From contig OZ024741.1 in assembly GCA_964016885.1 (NCBI GenBank), positions 106,640,001 to 106,704,000 on the forward strand: a stretch of DNA of 64,000 nucleotides. The letters run 5' to 3'. Shown here in pieces: positions 58,549 through 64,000 of the stretch. A program made the position numbers and the translations under genes. Each line of letters begins with the position of its first letter. Position 1 is the first letter of the stretch. This DNA is from Eledone cirrhosa. Its lineage: Eukaryota. The notes under the pieces were generated by a model. It was not told where the DNA came from, searched no databases, and saw only the letters and a list, made by a program, of their open reading frames with translations.

Positions 58549-59696
58549 ATGGAAAATAATAGTAACAATGATTTCTTTATTAGTCACACAGGGCTCACAT
58601 TAAGAAAACATTAAAGACGGCAAAAGACGATACATGATGGCACAAGGCGGTATAGGGTAGGTTTTTTTATGATGTGAATAATAAACAAAATAACAATAAT
58701 AAAGGCAACGACAATAATAATGATAATATTGGCGAAGATGATGATGGTGGTGATGATGATGATGATGATGGGGATGATGATGATGATGGGGATGATGATT
58801 GTGGCGCTGGTGGTGATGATGATGCTGATGATGATGATGGTGCTGCTGCCGATGATGTTGATAATGATGTTGACAATAAGGAAGATGAATATGGTGATGA
58901 TGATGCAGATGCAGATGAAGATGATGGTGATAGTGATGATGGTGGTGATGATGATGGGCAGAATAGCAGCAGCAGCAACAGCAACAACAGCAGCAGCCGC
59001 AACAACAAAGAACTACAACTTATATTGCAAACATTTGGATATCATCTAATCTTCAAATGATATAATACAACGATTGTTATATGTTTCGTGTAAGAATTAA
59101 TTTTGTGTTTATACAATAGAAAATAAGAATATTTTTAAAATGTACAAACAAAAAAAACAAAAACAAAAAAGACACAAAACAGAAACAAAATATAAAAAAA
59201 AAAATGAAATAAAACAAACAAAAACCGAAGTAAAAATGGCCTCCACTATCACTTCTTAAATTGTAATTGATTGAGAAAAATAAAATAAAATAAAACAAGA
59301 AGAAGAAGAAGAATAAACAGTATAAGGGGTTGTCATGAAAGTAACATCTTCCTAGCCCTAAGTATTATCAATTCCAATGAGTTCAATGGCCCCAATTTTG
59401 GGTGTGTTTTGTCAACAAACAACCAGACGATAGTTTCATTTCTCTTCTTGCAGCAGCCGACAGTTGACTCAAGGGACTGAAACAGAGAGAGATAATTCCA
59501 TTAATTTCCTAACACAATGAACGAACAGCTAGCGACCTAAAATCGAATGTTAAAAACTGACATCAACCATTATATCTAATGGAAAAACAACACAACATAA
59601 CACAACACAATAACAGATTTGTGCAGATCTCGCTGGCTTATGTAAACAATTCTCCTGCAAACGAGAATATATTCTAAGTCCCATGTGAAAACTAAC

Positions 59697-59727
<31 letters not shown>

Positions 59728-59833
59728 CTTCTTCTTCTTCTTCTTCTTCTTCTTCTTCTTCTTCTTCTTCTTCTTCTTCTTCTTCTTCTTCTTCTTCTTC
59801 TTCTTCTTCTTCTTCTTCTTCTTCTTCTTCTTC

Positions 59834-59869
<36 letters not shown>

Positions 59870-60766
59870 TTATTTATTAGCCACAAGGGCGCACAGGAAA
59901 AGGGGACAAAACAAAGACATGCCGGGGATTTTACATACAATCGTGTAAAAAAATATAAAACAAACAATTATAACAATCGAAATCCCCAATAGGGGGGAGG
60001 CGCCACCAATGGGTTGTTTAATACCCCGTCGATAGAACAACCCTCAATTTCAGGAGCGTGTTGTGCAAGTGCTCCCTTCTTCCTTTTGCTCTCTTCTTTA
60101 ACCTACAGGCTTATAAACAGAGAAGGCCCAATCACTCGGGCCATTTTCGCTTCATTCACCTACCTTTCAGTAAATTTACAGGGGTGCAGTGCCTCTCTCT
60201 CCACCCTGATTCTCCTTCTAAAGTGATACTTAAAGATGGGAATCAATTGTTGTCCGGAGAGAAAGGCATCTGTCCTCAGACCTCTCAATCTCGTCCACCA
60301 TATAACCTCTTTCACCATAGCCACTGTACAGAGGAAAACCGCTTCTTCGTTTTTGAAAGAGGCTGGCGGTTTGATCCTTACTATGGACTCGGCAGTCAAC
60401 TGGATTTGTCCCATACGCGACAGTAGTTGTTCTGCATAGTTCCACAGGTCCCTTACACTCGGGCAGTGTACAATTGCGTGCAAGACGGTTTCAATGTCCC
60501 GCTCGCATCTTGGACACGTCCTCTTGGAAGGATCCCTGCCGGGGCGTCCGTGCCTGTAGATCTTATCTCGAACGGGTAGAGCTCCTCGGTTGCACTGCCA
60601 GGCCAGGGACCTCTGGAAGTTGTCCATAGGTCCCGGGCGGAAAGTCCTACCGAACAGACTGGTGAGCTCGTCGTCTTCGACGCTTAGAGTCTCCCCGAGC
60701 ACGTCGTCGCACTTGTAAAGTACTAACCCTCTATAGAATGTCGAAGTAGAGTCTCCACTGATTGGC
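59870..60766 (-). mobile_element. Tx1/L1-clade LINE 3' fragment
   Basis: ISGDSTSTFYRGLV..CPRCERDIETVLHAIVHC..WWTRLRGL. 3' end abuts (GATA)n at 59834-59869, 5' end abuts a (GACA/GATA)n tract. Confidence 0.93.
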
Positions 60767-61527
60767 AGCCAGACAGACAGATAGACATACATATAGACTG
60801 ATAGATTGACAGATAACGAGGCATACAGCAGATAGACATATAGATAGATAAACAGACAGACAGACAGACAGGTAGATAGACAGACAGATAGACAGCTGGA
60901 TAGACAGGCAGACTGACAGATAGATAGACAGCCAGATAGACAGACAGATAAACAGATAGACAGACAGACACTCAGATAGACATACAGACAGATAGATAGA
61001 CAGTCAGATAGACAGACAGATAAACAGATAGACAGACAGACACTCAGATAGACAGACAGACAGATAGATAGACAGTTAAATAGACAGACAGAAAGATAGA
61101 CAGACAGACCAACAGACAGCTAGAGAGATCAAAGTTGACAGAAAGATCAAAATATAGAGCTGAGAGTGACTGAAGAGAGAAATTAGTGGAGAATAAATGT
61201 TGAACAAATTTAATTGTCCATGTGTGACTAAATATATTTTAGTAGATTTCTGCTCGGTTAATTGTGAATGTGTTATTGTAAACACAAACGACAACAACAA
61301 CGACAACAACAACGACAATAACAACAGCAACAACAACAACACCGATCACAGCAACACCAACGATGATGACAACAACAACAACAACGACGACGACAGCAAC
61401 AACAACAACGACGACAACAATGACAACAACAGCAACAACAACAACAACAACAGCAACAACAACAACAACAACAGCAACAACAACAACAACAACAACAACA
61501 CCGATCATAGCAACAACAACGGAAATG

Positions 61528-61558
<31 letters not shown>

Positions 61559-61894
61559 CGATCATAGCAACAACAACGGAAATGACAACAACAATAACAA
61601 CAACAGCAACAATAAAAACAACAGCAACAATAACAACAACAACAGCAACAACAACAACAACAACAACAGCAACAACAACAACAACAACAACAACGATCAC
61701 AGCAACAACAACGGAAATGACAACAACAATAACAATAACAGCAACAATAACAACAACAGCAACAATAACAACAACAGCAACAGCAACAACAACAACAACA
61801 ACAACGATCACAGCAACAACAACGGAAATGACAACAACAATAACAACAACGTATCAACAATGCTAATGACAGCAACAACGACGTCAGCAACAAC

Positions 61895-62086
61895 AATAAT
61901 TGTTTCTACTTTAGGCACAAGGCCAGCAATTACCCCAGTACATTACTGGTACTTTATGTAATCGACCCCGTAAGAATGAAAGGCAAAGTTAACCTCGGCG
62001 GGATTTTAACTCAGAATGGCAAGGGCCGTAACTCTATGCTAGAAAGCATGGCGTCCGACCCTCTACCGATACTGCCAATCCACCGC
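61895..62086 (-). mobile_element. Full-length SINE copy
   Basis: Reverse complement of the 34262-34452 element. Confidence 0.88.
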
Positions 62087-62124
62087 AACAAAACAAAGAC
62101 GACGACGAGGACAGCAGCAGCAGC

Positions 62125-62186
<62 letters not shown>

Positions 62187-62462
62187 AGACAACAATAATA
62201 ACTACATCAACAATAACAATGATTATAACAACAGCAACAACAGCATCAAGAATTGTTTCTATAATTGTTACAAGGGCCAGCTATTTGAAGAGAATCGACC
62301 CCAGTGCATTACTGGTACTTTATTTTATCGATCTCGAAAGGATGAATGGAGTTTCGCTTGAGTATTCACAGGCGAAATTATTAATTATTAGTAAATGAAA
62401 TATTGAATATCAACACCTCCGACTCCGTCACTTTTCCACAACCTATGACCAATATATATATA

Positions 62463-62657
62463 TAGGAAAAGAGTCAGGAACCCAACGGCTGAGCTCCGGC
62501 CGTTTCGACAGCTAGATCCGAACTCTAGCTGTCGAAACGGCCGGAGCTCAGCCGTCCGGGTCCTGACTCTTTTCCTATTACCCACTCTACTACCCTAAGT
62601 ATTGAGTACTCTGGTGCGTTATGGTCCACCTGGTATCTTACCACACCGTCTTTGTTA
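62463..62657 (+). mobile_element. Fold-back palindrome with HHR 3' half plus conserved tail
   Basis: Arms 62463-62516 and 62524-62578. GAA ACGGC..GCCGT C forms stem III with GUC. Tail shared with 7993-8033 and minus 42940-42999. Confidence 0.75.
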
Positions 62658-64000
62658 TATATATATATTTAGATTAGAAAGTGAACAACACAATATATAA
62701 CTACTCCATTAAATAGCTAATTAAATAGATCTGTTCTATACATAGAGCACTCTTTTTTTCTTTGCATTTTCTTCGGAATTACCCAAAACACACATATATA
62801 TATACATTTGCTCACACACACTCATACCCCCCCCCCACACACATATATATATTAATCAGTTGAGGTATACACAAACTGACAGGTTAAATTGGTTTCACTA
62901 ATTTGCAAAAAAATGAACGTGTTAAAAAAGTGAATCAATTAATACACAGTGATCTACAGACTGATATCCATAAGTAGACTTGTACTTGTTTCAAGTACAC
63001 TTGTACTTGAAACTGGTGCGTCTGCGTCTGTAAACATACCTTTAGCTTTACTAAGAACAGTAAAAAAATAAGGTGAATGTCAATGATCTTCTGTCGTTTT
63101 CGACGATTGGTGTTTCAGTCATTCTTTCAACGGCACAGGCTAATGAAGTAATAGGCATGCAAGTGGCTGAATATTTCAAAGTAACGTGTATCAGTGGCTT
63201 GATTCCCGGAGAGATACGTTGTGACTCTATGTATCAGTGGAGAAAGCAGGGCATGCAGTCCAATCGCCATGGCGGAAAGTGGGGCTGTGCAGCCTTACCC
63301 CCCCCCCCCCCCCCCAAATTCCATCTAAATGATTCTCCCGGTCAAAGCCGCATGTAGTGTTATCTAGTGTGTGTGTGTTATCTTTTTACTTTTTATGTGT
63401 CTACGATTTAATAAGCAGTCAAAATTCTGCTTGCCCCAAAGCTGTCGTGTGTTTGTGTGTATGTGTTTGTGTGTATGTGTATGTGTGTGTGTGTGTTATC
63501 TTTTTACTTTTTATGTGTCTACGATTTAATAAGCAGCCAAAATTCTGCTTGCTTCAACCGACGCAATTGATCAACTCAAGATTCTATAACGCATGCACTG
63601 CATGCGTTGCATGCACGCACCCTTCGCCCCTGCTATGTATGGTATGCCTGGCCCTTTGAAATTCAGGTACAGTCAATCTAACGAGCTATAAAACAGTTTC
63701 TGTTTTTAGAAATTATCTCACATGGCCTGGTTCGACATTTGACCATGATGCCACGTGATCTTACGATGGAGAAACGATCTTTTAAGGATTCGCTGATGCA
63801 GTGTCCATAAGTGCAAAAAGTAATCGCAGTTTCTGTTTGTGAGAATTCGAGAATAGTTTTCGTATTTATTTATGCCTCATCAGAGAGTGTTTACATATTG
63901 CTGTGCATAGCAAGAACCATAGCTTATACTCCGCCAACACGATAGACAGAAAGCCTATAACTGCTACCTAGAAATACAGAACAAAGTCGGGGGAAATTGA

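Overview
AT-rich, microsatellite-saturated animal genomic DNA with no intact host gene. The SINE family and the (TA)n/(TATG)n/(TCTA)n/(AAC)n landscape suggest an octopus or other coleoid cephalopod (inference). Recognisable content: (1) six copies of a Tx1/L1-clade LINE, the four young ones sitting in (TCTA)n/(GATA)n tracts, two of them a near-identical 1575-bp tandem pair; (2) an internally deleted Chapaev3-type DNA transposon with CACCGTGTAACA termini and a TTA target duplication; (3) a Helitron 3' end interrupted by a 270-bp TG..CA solo-LTR-like insert; (4) many tRNA-headed SINE copies and RTE fragments; (5) a decayed Penelope-like GIY-YIG coding relic. The most notable signal is invisible in the ORF track. 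About ten distinct short non-coding sequence families lie inside (TA)n tracts and carry type I hammerhead ribozyme (HHR) folds. They occur as tandem units, as inverted pseudo-LTR-like pairs, or as fold-back palindromes whose axis repeatedly falls in or next to HHR stem II. They look like a diverse set of Penelope-dependent, retrozyme-like elements. All folds and alignments were read by eye and none was computed.
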